64,000 nucleotides of DNA. It comes from Octopus vulgaris (Eukaryota). Location: the NCBI GenBank assembly GCA_951406725.2, contig OX597816.1, forward strand, positions 122,884,001 to 122,948,000. The letters are read 5' to 3'. Under the pieces are notes generated by a model. That model was not told where the DNA came from. It saw only the letters and a program-made list of their open reading frames with translations, and did not search any database. How positions within the stretch are numbered: the first letter of the stretch is position 1; each line of letters opens with the position of its first letter. This document shows, one piece after another, positions 27,544 through 40,421 of the stretch. The translations under genes were made by a program, and so were the position numbers.

Positions 27544-29617
27544 CAATAATAACATTAAAAGGAACTTCGCATTATGAAACTATAGAAAGTATATCAAAGA
27601 GAAGAAAATGCAAAGTGAAAAGCATAATAACAAGCAATAAAATATTTAGAAAGTAATAACAGCATGATCAAATCTAATAATGGCTACACCACATCCTATG
27701 TTGCAATAACCATTTCAAATAACACCTACAATTCAACAACAATTAAATTCTCTTCTCAAACACTTTTTCAAAGTATATATTGCCAGAAAACATTCAAAGA
27801 AGTCTAAACACAAAAATGCAATATATAACATATCTTCCAGTATCTTAACTATTCCTTTTCATCAGACAAAAGAAAGTATTGATAATTTATATAAAAAAAA
27901 ACCCCGAAGCCTTAGGGCCCACTGGAAGCATAACTACATAACTATCCACACAAATATCACTTAAGGCTTGAAATAAATATTGTTCAAACCAATGTCTTTA
28001 ACATTATCAAATCCTCAGAATAAAGAACTGGAGCAGAATAACCATTCTAAATCCTTAACAACTGAAACTGGAATGAAATTACACAGATCCACATGATTCC
28101 TATGACTACACTAATAATTCTGAAATAAATACACATTTGTTTCATCAACAGTTCTTCCATTGAATTTGAATTCAGACCCTTACACTCAAACACTTGACTA
28201 CTACAATATTTTTAAACTTCAGAGAAAGAATGAATGGTAGTTTAACAAAAGTGGAGAAAAAAATATAATAAAAAAGTAAAAGAATAAACAGGCACTTTTC
28301 TAACTCTCGTTAAGAAGACTTTCTTCCTCATGGCCTATTCCTAAACAAGATATTAGATGCCTTCCTAATAAACAAAGTAAGTGCAATGGTTGGTAAGATA
28401 TCTCTCAGCTCACCAGAACATACATAAAGTACAGTGTAATGTCTAAAATCAGTAATTGCTTAAATGGTATGAAGCAATAAATTTTTCTTCTTCTCAAATG
28501 ATATATTTTCATACAGCTCCTACACTGGAACTTTTGTCCCATATAAATGAACTAAAAGTAGTCCTTAATAAAATCAGTGGGAACCTATTTAGAGTCAATT
28601 TACTACCTAGAAACAGAAATAACTGGCAAATAATCTGTTTTCACATTCTAATGTCTTAGGAAAAAGAACTTGGATAATTTGGTCTTGGTTCATAGTAAGA
28701 GAATGGAATGGATCATAACTAGAATGCTTTTGATCATAATTCTACTCAGTCACATCTGGCCTGGATTTTAACAACACCAGCAATAGTAGCTATATCTCTT
28801 CTTACCACTAGCATTAAATATAATGAGAAACAACCAAACATCACACTTAAGAACATAAACTTCATGCACACATTAAAGACAAGACTACTGATTATTATCT
28901 GCAACTTCACAAAACCAAAGCAAACACAGAGGGGTGTAAAAATAATGCATAAGGATACATAAACAATCAGTAATAAGCAATGAAAAGAATCCTATTTAAC
29001 CAGCTCAAGAGTACGAAATGTATATTAGATCCATCCCAAAATATATCAGAACCCATATGAACTTCTAGTCTCGCTACAATAAACTACAAAGAACACGTAA
29101 TAGCACACTTACTATCAGAGGCTTCACATAGGTTACTTACAAGATCAAACTGAAAAACTCAGTACAAAGGACCACTAGAGTATTAAAGGGATGTAGCTTC
29201 CTTCTTCAGCAAATTATGTAATTACTATTTTGAAATATTAAACCTAATGATAAGTGCAGAGAGGGAAAATCAATTTCCTCATTATAGTCAAAATTATCTT
29301 ACCATATTTTTGTGACTTATAGGAATCAAAAATGACAATGAAGAAAATCTGATATACCCAGAATATGATGCTCAACTCTATACAATAAACCTCAGTATTG
29401 CTGGTGGAAACTCTGTTATTATTAACCAGATAGAAATATTGTGTGTGGTGTATATATGTATATATGTATATATATATATAAATATACACACATACACATA
29501 CATATATATGTGTGTGTATGTAATTATGTATGTATATATATATATATATAAGCATTTTTTGCATAATGAGATAAAAAGCCAAGGCTGTGTAGATATTAGA
29601 ACATTTATAGATAGAAG

Positions 29618-29669
29618 GTCTTACAGCTGTTTCCAGGATATTTATTAATTATATCCTTTCATTGGAGAC
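29618..29669 (-). ncRNA. Degenerate hammerhead motif in a Penelope-like remnant
   Basis: Minus strand GUCU-CCAAUGA-AAGGAUA/UAUCCU stem II-GAAA-CAGCUG-UA-AGAC. Confidence 0.6.
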
Positions 29670-30120
29670 GGTGTGAGAGGATGGTTAATTCATAGTTAGT
29701 TTAGATATGATACAAAATAGAGAGTGAGATGGAGGAAAGAAAATAGATGCAAGATATGTAGGGATATTGAAGTTATAGATCCATTTTTAGGTAGAATGGT
29801 ATATATGTAGGATTCCAGTACCTTATGAGTAAAGTCCAACAGAGTTTAAAATGGGTCCTTCCAAATATTGAGTGTATACACAATGTAAGTTTCCAATAGC
29901 TTATGAATGAGATCCAGCAGTTTTTAAACTTGGTTATTTCAAGTACAGAATTTATATATATACACACACTCATACATATATTTGTGTGTGTGGGTATATG
30001 TATGTACATATGCATATAAGTATGTTTACATGCATATATACATGTATGTCTGGAATATTGGATCTCCATATGTAATCAGGGATAGCCAAAGTCATTCAGC
30101 AACATGAAAAGCATTATCAT

Positions 30121-30150
30121 GTAGTAGTAGTAGTAGCAGCAGCAGCAGCA

Positions 30151-30210
<60 letters not shown>

Positions 30211-30227
30211 ATAGTAGTAGTAGTAGC
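30121..30227. repeat. (TAG)n/(CAG)n microsatellite
   Basis: Read directly from the sequence. Confidence 0.95.
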
Positions 30228-31171
30228 AAAACATTCTGCTGTAAAAAATGTTTTTTCAAAATATTCAAATGTCCAAATTTGTAAATGCCATACCACCCAT
30301 TACTAATTTGAAAAACAGATGTAAAACTGCATAACTTGTTCACCATCATCACCATGCGTATCCCATTGATCACATTAAAAAAAAATCATTACTATATCTA
30401 TTTGCATTAATGTCACAATCATTATGAAGCACTCCCTCCTTCCTATCATCAGCATCATCATCATTGATGTGGAATGAAATTCTTTCTTTCCTTTTTTTTT
30501 AAATAATCTCTTTTGTTTAATGAAATCATTATGTTTCAATACTTGCTGTTTATAAATTATTCAAAAGCACCATTAATTAATAATTTGCTTGAAAATTCAG
30601 CAAATTTTAATTCTATTGTTCTCTAATTAATGGTCATATTTACAGAAACTAGTCAATAAGTCTACAGTCACAACACTGCTGGTGTTCTTGTTCATGTTCA
30701 AAACTGCACAGTCTCTTCTGTTACAGTAGCCAACTACCAAGCACGCTAGCTATTCAACTAAAGCTGACGCACATGAAGAAATACTCCTTACATTTGACAT
30801 GTAGTTAGAACCTGAGACATGCTAAGCATGAATTGAGACAGCAAAAGTTTATTAAGGATATTGAATAATATATTTCTACAGATATCTTCTTGGGAAATGT
30901 AATACAAATTGTATGGTGTATTCATTGCAGGAATAATTATTTATAAGGGTACACATGATAGTTTTATTTAAAGAAATTCTAGGATGGATGAGATACATGG
31001 AATAAAACTTTAGAACGTTTGGTCCACAGGGAAGATCAGATACAAAAGGAACATGAATACAGAAATATTCTGCTGATGATAGTTTAATATTGTTTAAACC
31101 AAAGGATAAAGAAATTAACATAGTCCACACATAGCATATGCATAAACAAATCTTCAGGCTTAAATACATAA

Positions 31172-31216
<45 letters not shown>

Positions 31217-31228
31217 CACATATATATG

Positions 31229-31314
<86 letters not shown>

Positions 31315-31534
31315 TATATATATATATATATATGCACATGGCACAGGCATAATTGTGTGGTTTGCAATCTTGTTGTTTTAGGTTCAGTACCAGAGCACTG
31401 CGCAAGATTCTGTTACTATAGCCTTGGGTTGACCAATGCTCTCCGAGTGAATTTGGTGAATGGAAATTGGAAAGAAGTTATTGTAAATATACACACGTAC
31501 ATATATATATGTATATATATATATATATATATAC

Positions 31535-31750
31535 AAAGTTAATCCAAACATGAAAACACAAAGAGAAAACACAACAACGCGAGGACGTGGAACAAATACA
31601 GTATTATTGGACGCTCAGGAAGGAAGGGAAGAAGGAGGGTTTTACGTTTTGAGCGGAGCTCTTCGTCAGAAACATAGGAAAAGGAAGGATCCAGAGAAGG
31701 GTGGATGGAGGAAAAAAAATCGCCAACGGTACACACGTGGTCACATTTTG
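31535..31750 (-). repeat. Solo Penelope-type pseudo-LTR with HHR (31639-31673)
   Basis: Minus strand GUUU-CUGACGA-AGAGCUCCGCUC-AAAA(GAAA mutated)-C-GUA-AAAC. It abuts (TA)n and has the same layout as 23060-23250. Confidence 0.75.
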
Positions 31751-32879
31751 AAGTTGCACCAGTCTACTCATCTGTCACTGTCTTGTTGGACTTGCAATGG
31801 GCATAAAGGAATTGTTTGAAAAAGCTTGTATAAAATTTATACATAATGTTTAAGTAAGCAATGGCTCCATAGTTTTCTGCCAAATCAGTATTACCATTCT
31901 TAGCTACAAATTAGACTGTGCTATGGCAAGCTATTGGTACGTCAGTCTGGTCTTCCATAATTCTCTTAAATATGTATATAAGTAACTTTCTATAGAATAT
32001 CATATCTTCTGCCAATATCCGATTATTAGGTCACTTCCTGATACTTTCCCAACATGCAATTTTGCTACAGCTTTCACAAAAGTTTCAAAGTTGATTATGT
32101 AAGTTTTACTATTGATATTGTTACAGCATCCTTCTTGATTGCATCAATCCAAGATGCATTCTGATTAAAATCAGTCTTTTCATTCCAGATCTAACCATGA
32201 AAATGATTTAAGATCTTAATGAAAACGGTTCTTTTTATGAAGATATTGATTTTCTTCATTCTTCCTTCTTCATTGTATAGCATTGGATCAGAAGTAACCT
32301 GATTAATTATGAATTGTAGTATTTTTTTAATAAAAAATGTTCAAGTTATGAAAAAAGGTTCAACTCAGTGTTTTGAGTTTGTATTTTAAAGTTATTAATC
32401 CCCACTCAAAGATTAGAAATGTGTAATATTCATATATTTTTGTTAATTTTTCCCAAGTTGCAGTTGGTGATTGTGAACTTTGTCATTTTATATTTCATTT
32501 AATTAAAAGTCTAATTTTACAGCACATGTTAAAATTTTCTTCTTGTTTTGTTACCAAAATAGTGTGTGTGTGTGTGCATGTGTGTGAATGCATACATACA
32601 TACATATACATATGTATATATGCATAATGGTATGTATCCATGCTTGCACTTACGTATGTATGTGTTTATGTATGTGCATATGCATGCTTGTGTGTATCTA
32701 TGCCTTGACTTTATTAGTATTCTTCTGAGGAGGGTGCTAGTGCCTAATAAAGAAGCAAAAAACTTCATCACTGGAATTTGGATAAAACCAATGATAATCG
32801 TTACATATAAAACTGAAGTAAAGTCTTGCATAATTTCACAATTCCACTTACTGATTGTATCTGTAAAATGCATGTTGGC

Positions 32880-33200
32880 GGATGTCTTTATTTGCTTGAA
32901 AATCCTTGCTTTTCCAGATTGTTGGTTAAACATTCATTAACATAGTAAAGCATGCCAATGGTTATTGGTGTGAATGTAAATTTATAATCAGAGTAGAGGA
33001 GCTGCTCATTTGAAAGTAGTTGTTCATAAATACCATCCAACTCACTGGTTTTGGAAAGATGTTCACATCTTCAGGGCAGCTGATCTTTATGACTGCACCT
33101 GACTTTTCTTTTCAGTCCCAAATATGGTTTGCACTTGGTAGAAGTTTTGATGTGAATGTTCAATCATTGTTTCATGTGTTGATGTGTAGGTATTCAATAG
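32880..33200 (-). pseudogene. R4/Dong/NeSL-type non-LTR element, restriction-like endonuclease remnant
   Basis: Interrupted translation *LNIHIKTSTKCK / IWD*KEKSGAVIKISCPEDVNI / IYEQLL..QLLYSDYKFTFTPITIG. Confidence 0.65.
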
Positions 33201-33269
33201 CAGAAATGCTTATATTTATTACAGAACAGTTTTTTCTCTCTGTACATCCATGTCAATGAATATTAGAAA

Positions 33270-35030
33270 TCGGGGTCAAGTCCTCATCCTACAGTTGTCT
33301 TGCTAAGAAGTTTATATCCATAGTATTATTTCTAGGCATGAAACCAAACTGCATCACATCTAGGTCTAGTCTACTCTATCATGGATCAATTATGCTATAA
33401 CTCTCACTGTGACCTTCATAACCTGATCCAGAAGTTTGATTCCTCTATAATTTCCTCTCCCTAAGGCATCTTCTTTGCTTTTTTAGTAGTTTACGATGAT
33501 ACTGCTATGCCAATCATTAGATATGACACCTTTCTGGTGGAATTGAATAACTGTCTTGGTGGTGATCATATATATTATCTTGCCAGATATTTTGAGCACC
33601 TCAGCAATGCAACTTTCACTGATGAACCCACAGTTTTTCCTTTATATATGATTTTGATTACTACCACAGGAAAAAAAACAAGTGCTGTAAATAGCAAAAC
33701 CTTTCCTGTCAAAGAATGCACAGCATAACATACTACCACACTGCTATCAATTTAAATTGCTGGTTTCTCTGTAGGATCACCGTAAGGTAGCAAATCTTTA
33801 TGCTATGCATTCTCCACATTCTGCATCCTCTCATAATAACACTTATGATACTTGTCTTTCATATCAACAGCAAGTATACCTTCATCATTCCAAAGATGTC
33901 TTGGTTCATTCTCACACACTGTCTCACAATCCTGAAGTCTTCTTATTTCTGATCCTCACATTGCTGTAATCACCCAAATCTCTTTCTTTCTTAGCCAAAT
34001 ATACTGTTGCCTAGCTGCCCTTCTTGTTATTTGATAATGCTCCCTACTACTACCTTTCTACTAGGTTTCAAAGCCTATCTCTTACACCTTATCAACCATA
34101 TCGTTACACACACTACTTTAGGTTGGCTGGGACTTTGCCTCAGTCACATTTTTTATCTATAGCCCAAAGCAGATTGTTTCATAGAACTTCCTAATTGCCA
34201 TCTATGATAAACATATCTAGAATTTCACTAAATCATCTATTCCCAATTGCAGTATCTTTTATGTTATATGTCTTCCTTCTCCATACTGTTTTTCATTTTG
34301 GTGTCTGCCTTCCTGTGACTCTGAAAGCATTAGCCACAAAGTATGTTATGCTGTGCATTCTTTGACAGAAAAGGTTTTGCTATTTACAGCACTTCTTTTT
34401 TTTTTTCCTGGAGAGAATGTAATCTGTATGACTTGTGTGTTCACCCAATTGGTAGATGATTAAATGGTTGGCTTCTTTCCTAAAGTGTTCATTGCAAAAT
34501 TTTAGCTCAATTGCATCATGGAATTTCTGGAGCCTTACAAACACCCTATTTCATGAACCATATTCATAGCCTCTATGAATGTTATAGAAGTTATCAATGT
34601 GTCAGTTAATACATCTATCAGAATCAACAGTAACAATGAAGCCCCTGTCAATCATCATTGAGATAGTCTGCAGAAGGGTCACATAAATGCAGTCCTATCT
34701 TTCTATAAGTTTTACCTGAGAGGCATATACATAAATAACCTTCATTGTTGAGTTGCCAATAACTAGATTCAATTTAATTATCCTATCACACAACCTGGCT
34801 ACCTCGATTACATTCTCTATCCATTTCTCAGCCAATGGCATGCTTACTCAACACTGTTGTCTCTATTACACACACAGATAACATTGTACTACTGTCTCTT
34901 GCCTGTGAGGAGATTAGTTGAAGATCCATTTCACCTTACCTTTTGCACACAGTATACATCCATTCATCTCCACTCCACCATTTCCACAATCTTACCAGTG
35001 TTACCTTTCATCAGAAAGTAGAGACTATCT
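33270..35030 (-). pseudogene. Decayed RTE LINE (AP endonuclease to RT N-terminal half)
   Basis: LKGNTGKIVEMV...DVYCVQ at about 35000, YRGIKLLDQ at about 33440 and MQFGFMPR at about 33340; many stops. Confidence 0.8.
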
Positions 35031-35783
35031 TCAGGGAGAGTGCTGTTGGTGGTTAGTTGGTTTATTTTTGTTTGAAGATTTCTGCACCTGAGAAAAATAA
35101 AAATTCTTGGTCAATGCTTTGCAAGCAGGTGGTAGATTAGTACACATTATTTTTTATCACATTTAATTCGTTTATCATTTATTCCTTTGGTCATTCTTCA
35201 ACACTTGCTGCATCAATAGATAAGAAGTATTCCTAATGTTATTTACATTACTGAAGTTACGGGTGCTTGGCTTTGCTGTCTCTTTAATTACCAACGCTGG
35301 TAGGATGATATCATACGTGGAGAGAGTGGAACAGGTGAGAAAAGAGAGAAATATTTCTGGTATGGGTGGCTGGATGCATTGTGAGCAAGCATACAGCAAA
35401 CTTTTATAAGAGAGGAGAAATACTGAAATTAAAGAGAAAAGCAAGCAAGCTCCACAACTTCAATAAATAAATAAATATTGTTATTAGAAAGATGAAAGCC
35501 ATATTAAAGTTTAAAGAAGAGTCAAAAAAGAAAATTCAACATATAAAGTAGATAAAGCAGTGAATGAATGTGGTAGAAATTAAAAGATAAGAAAACAAAA
35601 ATTTTGGTGCTTATCTTGGCTTGTTTTCATTTTCGTTCTTCATAAATATAAGTCTGATAGTAGTAGTGTCCAAGGTGATATAATTTAAAGGGCCTATAGT
35701 ATATGAAAATGATAGGAAGCTGAGAGAAAGTGTGAGAGGCCAAAGGAAGTAGAAAGAAAACCTTACATGCATGAGTTATACTA

Positions 35784-35818
<35 letters not shown>

Positions 35819-36021
35819 AAGCTGAGCCAGCAAGTTGTAAACTTCCTTAAAAGAAAAAAATTACTTGTATTAGAAAGAACAGGACCGCATCAAAGTTTAA
35901 AGAAATATGTATATGTATGTGTGTGAGTGATTGTGTTTGTGAATATGTAGGTATATGTATAAAAATATATACTAAAGATAATATGTGTGTGTGTGCGAAT
36001 GTATGAATGAATGTATGTTTA

Positions 36022-36405
36022 TCTCTCTCTATATAAATGGCAGTTTGTCTGTGCGTGTTTTTGTGTGTCTGTTTGCTTGTACCCTCACTCTGACCACGGC
36101 TTTCAACCGATTCTGATGAAACTTGACACACACATAGCCCAATGTCATAATTCAAACTAACGCAGCAAAAATTTTGAAAAGTTCCCCCAGTTCAGAAAAA
36201 GATCGATAAATTCGACATGGGGTCGACAATCAGAAACACAAACCGCAGATGGTCTAGGGGACGCAACTCGGCCTTTTTAACTATCAAAAAAAAATTTACC
36301 ATCATTTTTTCCCATTTTTTTTGCTATTTTTTGGCTATAACTCTCTAAAAGTGCTTTATAGTTATTTCCCTTACAAACCCGAGCAACGCCGGGCGATACT
36401 GTTAG
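36022..36405 (+). mobile_element. Non-autonomous Helitron
   Basis: TCTCTATATAAA start; the 3' end TATAGTTATTTCCCTTACAAACCCGAGCAACGCCGGGCGATACTG is identical to the 26221 copy; ends TTAG|T. Confidence 0.75.
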
Positions 36406-36709
36406 TATAGGTATAAACGGCAATATATAAGTTAAATGAATTTGGAGGAAATTTATTGGAAAAAAATGTATAATTTAATGATTCCTTATATTTTAGGTAT
36501 GATTCCCATCAACTGTAGAAAACAGTTGAAGAAATATCAGTGGTTTACTATTTGTTGCTATAGTCATAGTATCAACAACAGCAATAGCAACATAGTCTGT
36601 GTTAGTAGTAGTAGTAGTAGGAGGAGGTGGTGGCGGTGGAGGAAGAGGAGGAGTGGTAGTTGTAACAGTAACAGTTTTAGCAGCAGCAGTGGTATTATTA
36701 GACATTCCT

Positions 36710-37035
36710 GTAGGGTGGTGAGCTGGCAAAATCGTTAACAGGCCATGCAAAATGCTTAGTGGCATTTCATCTGTCTTTACATTCTGAATTTAAATTCTGC
36801 CAAGATCAACTCTGTCTTTCATCCTTGATATGATTGACCTGCTGGCCTTGTACCAAAATTTGAAACCATTACTATTATCAGTAGTATTATTATAAGGCTG
36901 CAAGATGCAGAATCATTTGCATGTTAGATGAAATGCTTAGTGGTATTTCATCTGTCACTATGTTCTACGTTCAAATTCTGCCAAGGTTGACTTTGCTTGT
37001 CTTCCTTTCGGGGTCGATAAACTAAGTACCAGTGA
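36710..37035 (+). mobile_element. Two tandem SINE fragments
   Basis: AAATGCTTAGTGG..TTTCATCTGTC...AAATTCTGCCAAG occurs twice. Confidence 0.65.
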
Positions 37036-37098
37036 AAAAAAGTGTCAGTTCCAATCATGTACTTGGGTTAATTTAACTAATTGCAAATCAGGAACGGG

Positions 37099-37260
37099 TA
37101 CAAGGTGCATTCCAGAAGTTTTGAGACATTTTCAGGAGAGACATTCATTAAGTTCTAGGAAGTGCTAAACTCTAATCCCCTTCACAGTAGGATGCTCTAA
37201 CTTCAATGCCCTTGTTGTAGTGCTTCAAGCAAGTCGTGAAGGCCCCATAGAAGTTAATTT
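37099..37260 (-). mobile_element. Mariner transposase C-terminus and TIR remnant
   Basis: Minus strand FYGAFTTCLKHYNKGIEVRASYCEG (cf. KCI...G.YFE), adjacent to TACAAGGTGCATTCCAGAAGT. Confidence 0.6.
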
Positions 37261-38115
37261 AATCTACAAGCAGTCAGGAACATTTCATAAGTCTCTGTAA
37301 TGCTTTTGCCCAGCTTAACACAAAACTTGACTGCATAACAAGCTTCCAAACTTCCCAACTGCACTCTGTAAACTACACAGCTGTGACAAGTAGTGTTTTG
37401 TAGGGTGTGTTCAAAGCGATGCTACAACCATCTTCTTCAATCTGGAATAACAAAAGTTGGCAGGTCAGCTTATTGGATGTACAGCAATGATATACTAACA
37501 TCATAATGACCTAGATCAATTATAACTGCCTCTCCTAAATAGGCTCAAAATTTCTGGAAGGCATGCCATATCTTGAAGGCAGTTAAATGTTTTCAGTTTT
37601 ATTCTGGTAATTCCTATAATTACAGTGGTGCTAAGATATATTTGGTTTTGCACTTCTATTAAACAATATCAATACTATGTGGAAGGGAGATCTACTACAT
37701 AGACAACATCATGTCTTTAAACTCATTTGTTCACTCCAGTATAGATATTTATAAATTATTATTTAAAATTTAGTATTATTAATACTGCCAAATAATTTAC
37801 TTTTGATGTTTGCACTGTCCTGTGTCAATACTGATTGCATTCCACTGAATTTTGTTTAATAAGTTTGTGTATGCGTGCATGTGCTCATGCACACACATAC
37901 TGTTTTTGCTGTTATGTTTCCTGTTTGAAAATGTCCATGTTTGCATTTCTTATGTCAACTTATACATGCTGTATTCAGCCTCCTCTCTAATCTGAATTCT
38001 GGTGGTGTTTATTTTCCTTGTTGACTTTGTTTAACTAAATTGATTTTTTAAAATATCTAGATATCAATCACTTTATGTTCCTAACTATATATCATCATCC
38101 ATCCAAGGAGTAACA

Positions 38116-38220
38116 AGTGCCTGAAGAGGTGCGTTTTACACCTTGGATGAACGATAATAATTACACAACATTTCACCAATGTATTACGGGTGTAAAAATG
38201 TGTCAAACTAATTGTAGTGG
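38116..38220 (+). ncRNA. Degenerate hammerhead motif (long stem II family)
   Basis: CUGAAGA, stem TTTTACACC/GGTGTAAAA, C-AAAC-TAATT-GUA; paralogous to 39448. Confidence 0.5.
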
Positions 38221-38259
38221 ATTTAAATAAAGATGTCTCCTCTCACGTTCCTTTCCCCA

Positions 38260-38592
38260 TTTTTAGAGTTGGCACTGTTAATGTAGGCACACTGAAAAGT
38301 AGGTCTAGTGAGATTGTAGAGATGCTTGAAGAGAGACGTTTTGATGTATGCTGCATACAAGAGGTGGAGAGGAGCTTCAGACAGGGTCCTCACAGGCAAG
38401 GCACATAAGTATAAAATCTTCTGGGAAGGTAACAGTGATGGAGTAGGGGTGTAGGCATACTCCTTGCGGAGAGATGGGTGGATAAGGTCATAGAGGTAGT
38501 CAGGGAATGTGACAGACTGCTTAAGCTCAGGCTAGTCCCTGGTCAAACCGTCAAACCCATGGACAACTGACACTAAATGATGATGATGATGA
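38260..38592 (+). pseudogene. RTE endonuclease N-terminus fused directly to the RTE 3' tail and (GAT)n
   Basis: RVGTVNVGTLKSRSSEIVEML..RRFDVCCIQE; junction at about 38539 to GGTCAAACCGTCAAACCCATG...(GAT)n. Confidence 0.75.
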
Positions 38593-39447
38593 AAACGTAT
38601 ATATGTACATATTTATAAATAGATATATGCATGTATTTCTGCTTTGCATTTCAATTTCGTGTATTTCTTTTTAAAAAATAGTATGTATGTATGTAAGAAG
38701 TAGATATCTGTGGGTATATAAATAGACATATGCATATATATTTCATTTTACTTTACTATTCTGTCTCTTTCCTGCCTCCATAAAAGTAAGAATGCATGTA
38801 AGAAGTATATATATATGTGCATATACAGATACATGTGAGTATATATAAAAATATACACACATGTATCTATCTATCTACCTACCTATACATATATATATAT
38901 ATATATATAACTGTAGCTGGAACATTATGTGTATGAGGGAGAAAGCATAAAGGCACCTACTAATTTATTTTTTCTAGTTGTTTCAGAAAAAGCATAAAAG
39001 AGTTAGACTATAATAAATTAACTTTAAATAGAAGATGATTTGAGTGTAGAATGGAGCCAGTTGTTTTGTCATGAAAGACAGGATAATTTATAGCTTCAAA
39101 GAAACAAAGAAACATTTGCTAAGTAGAGAAATGGTCAGTCTTCATCAATTTATCACTTTCTTATCTTTAAACACTTAATTTTATTCTTCATTCTGTTTTG
39201 CATGCTTTTCCTTATAATCTGACCATGAAGATAAAATTGTCATATCATAGTGAACCAGAACATTTTTTTATTTGACTATTTCTTTATTTCTGTATTTTGC
39301 ATTTTGATTATAACTCTATTTTGTCTGTCATTATATCTATGGGTTTAGTTTTGTGTGTAAACTGCTGAAAATGACACACTGCTTTAGGTATGCATTTTCC
39401 TACTGAGTGAAATGACAGTAGGATCTACTGAAGGACTTATTTAAACT

Positions 39448-39540
39448 GTCACCTGAGGAGGTGTATTTTACTCCTTCGATAGATGCAACATCTCACTAAT
39501 ATACTACAGGTGTAAAAATATGTCAAAACAATTTACATCA
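39448..39540 (+). ncRNA. Degenerate hammerhead motif, paralog of 38116
   Basis: TCAC-CUGAGGA-GGTGTATTTTACTCCT...AGGTGTAAAAATATGTC-AAAA-CAATT. Confidence 0.45.
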
Positions 39541-40174
39541 CTCATTCATTAAGTAAGGCCCCTTAGACAATTCATTCCTTAAATATTTTTATTCTTTGTT
39601 TTTACTTGTCTTGTACTTTATTGATAGATTTAACAGACCTGGACAACGCCATTGTTTTCAAATATTAGCTGACCAATTAAGTTGTAGGATTAACTTTGGA
39701 CTCACCCTACTATTCATAAGAGTATTGAGATGAGGTTTCTGTTAATAAGTAACAAGTAATAACATCGCACTAAGGTTTTACCTAATTTTTTTTTCATTGA
39801 TGTACTTATGTATTGAACTTTCCCAAACAAGTTCACATTAAGTTAACTTTGTCAATTCCTTTTATGATACTCTATTAAATAGCAGTTAGCATCTAACTTT
39901 TGACCCCTGTGATATGGACCCTCCCATTAAACTCACTCCACAACGTCTTACGTTCACTATTTCCCCCAGTAAAATTGAAATACAGTGTAACTCTCATAAC
40001 CTGTGGAAATTACTCCTGGAAGTGACTTTCTTTACCATAAGATGTAATTCCATGGATTATGGCTATTACCTTGGAATTGACGTTTTTACCATTCTTTACT
40101 ATTTCTATTATGTTATTTTATTTTATCACATTATTTTACCTTACTTCCTCACATTAGATTCCTAACATTATTGT

Positions 40175-40318
40175 CTCTCTGATGAAGCCTTGGGTCTCAA
40201 TCATTGTCCAACCCCTGTCCAATGTTTGTTCAACCTTTGTAAAATCCCTGTATATCACTGGTGGGATGTGGAAAACTTGGCAGATTGGGCAACCCCATGA
40301 TAGAAACAGTTGTAAGAG
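40175..40318 (+). ncRNA. Hammerhead motif with an about 115 nt stem II insertion
   Basis: CUCU-CUGAUGA-...-GAAA-CAGUUG-UA-AGAG; imperfect stem II (CTCAATC/GATTGGG). Confidence 0.6.
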
Positions 40319-40421
40319 TTTAGTATTTCTTCACTCATTCTAATTCATTTATTTTTATTTATCTTATTATGTACTTGTTTATTTGCTTATTTCATTCATT
40401 TATTTAGATTACTTATGCATA

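Noticed and set aside
30092-30373. ORF with poly-Leu resembling a signal peptide
   Set aside because: Poly-Leu comes from (TAG)n, a stop follows shortly, and no splice donor was found.
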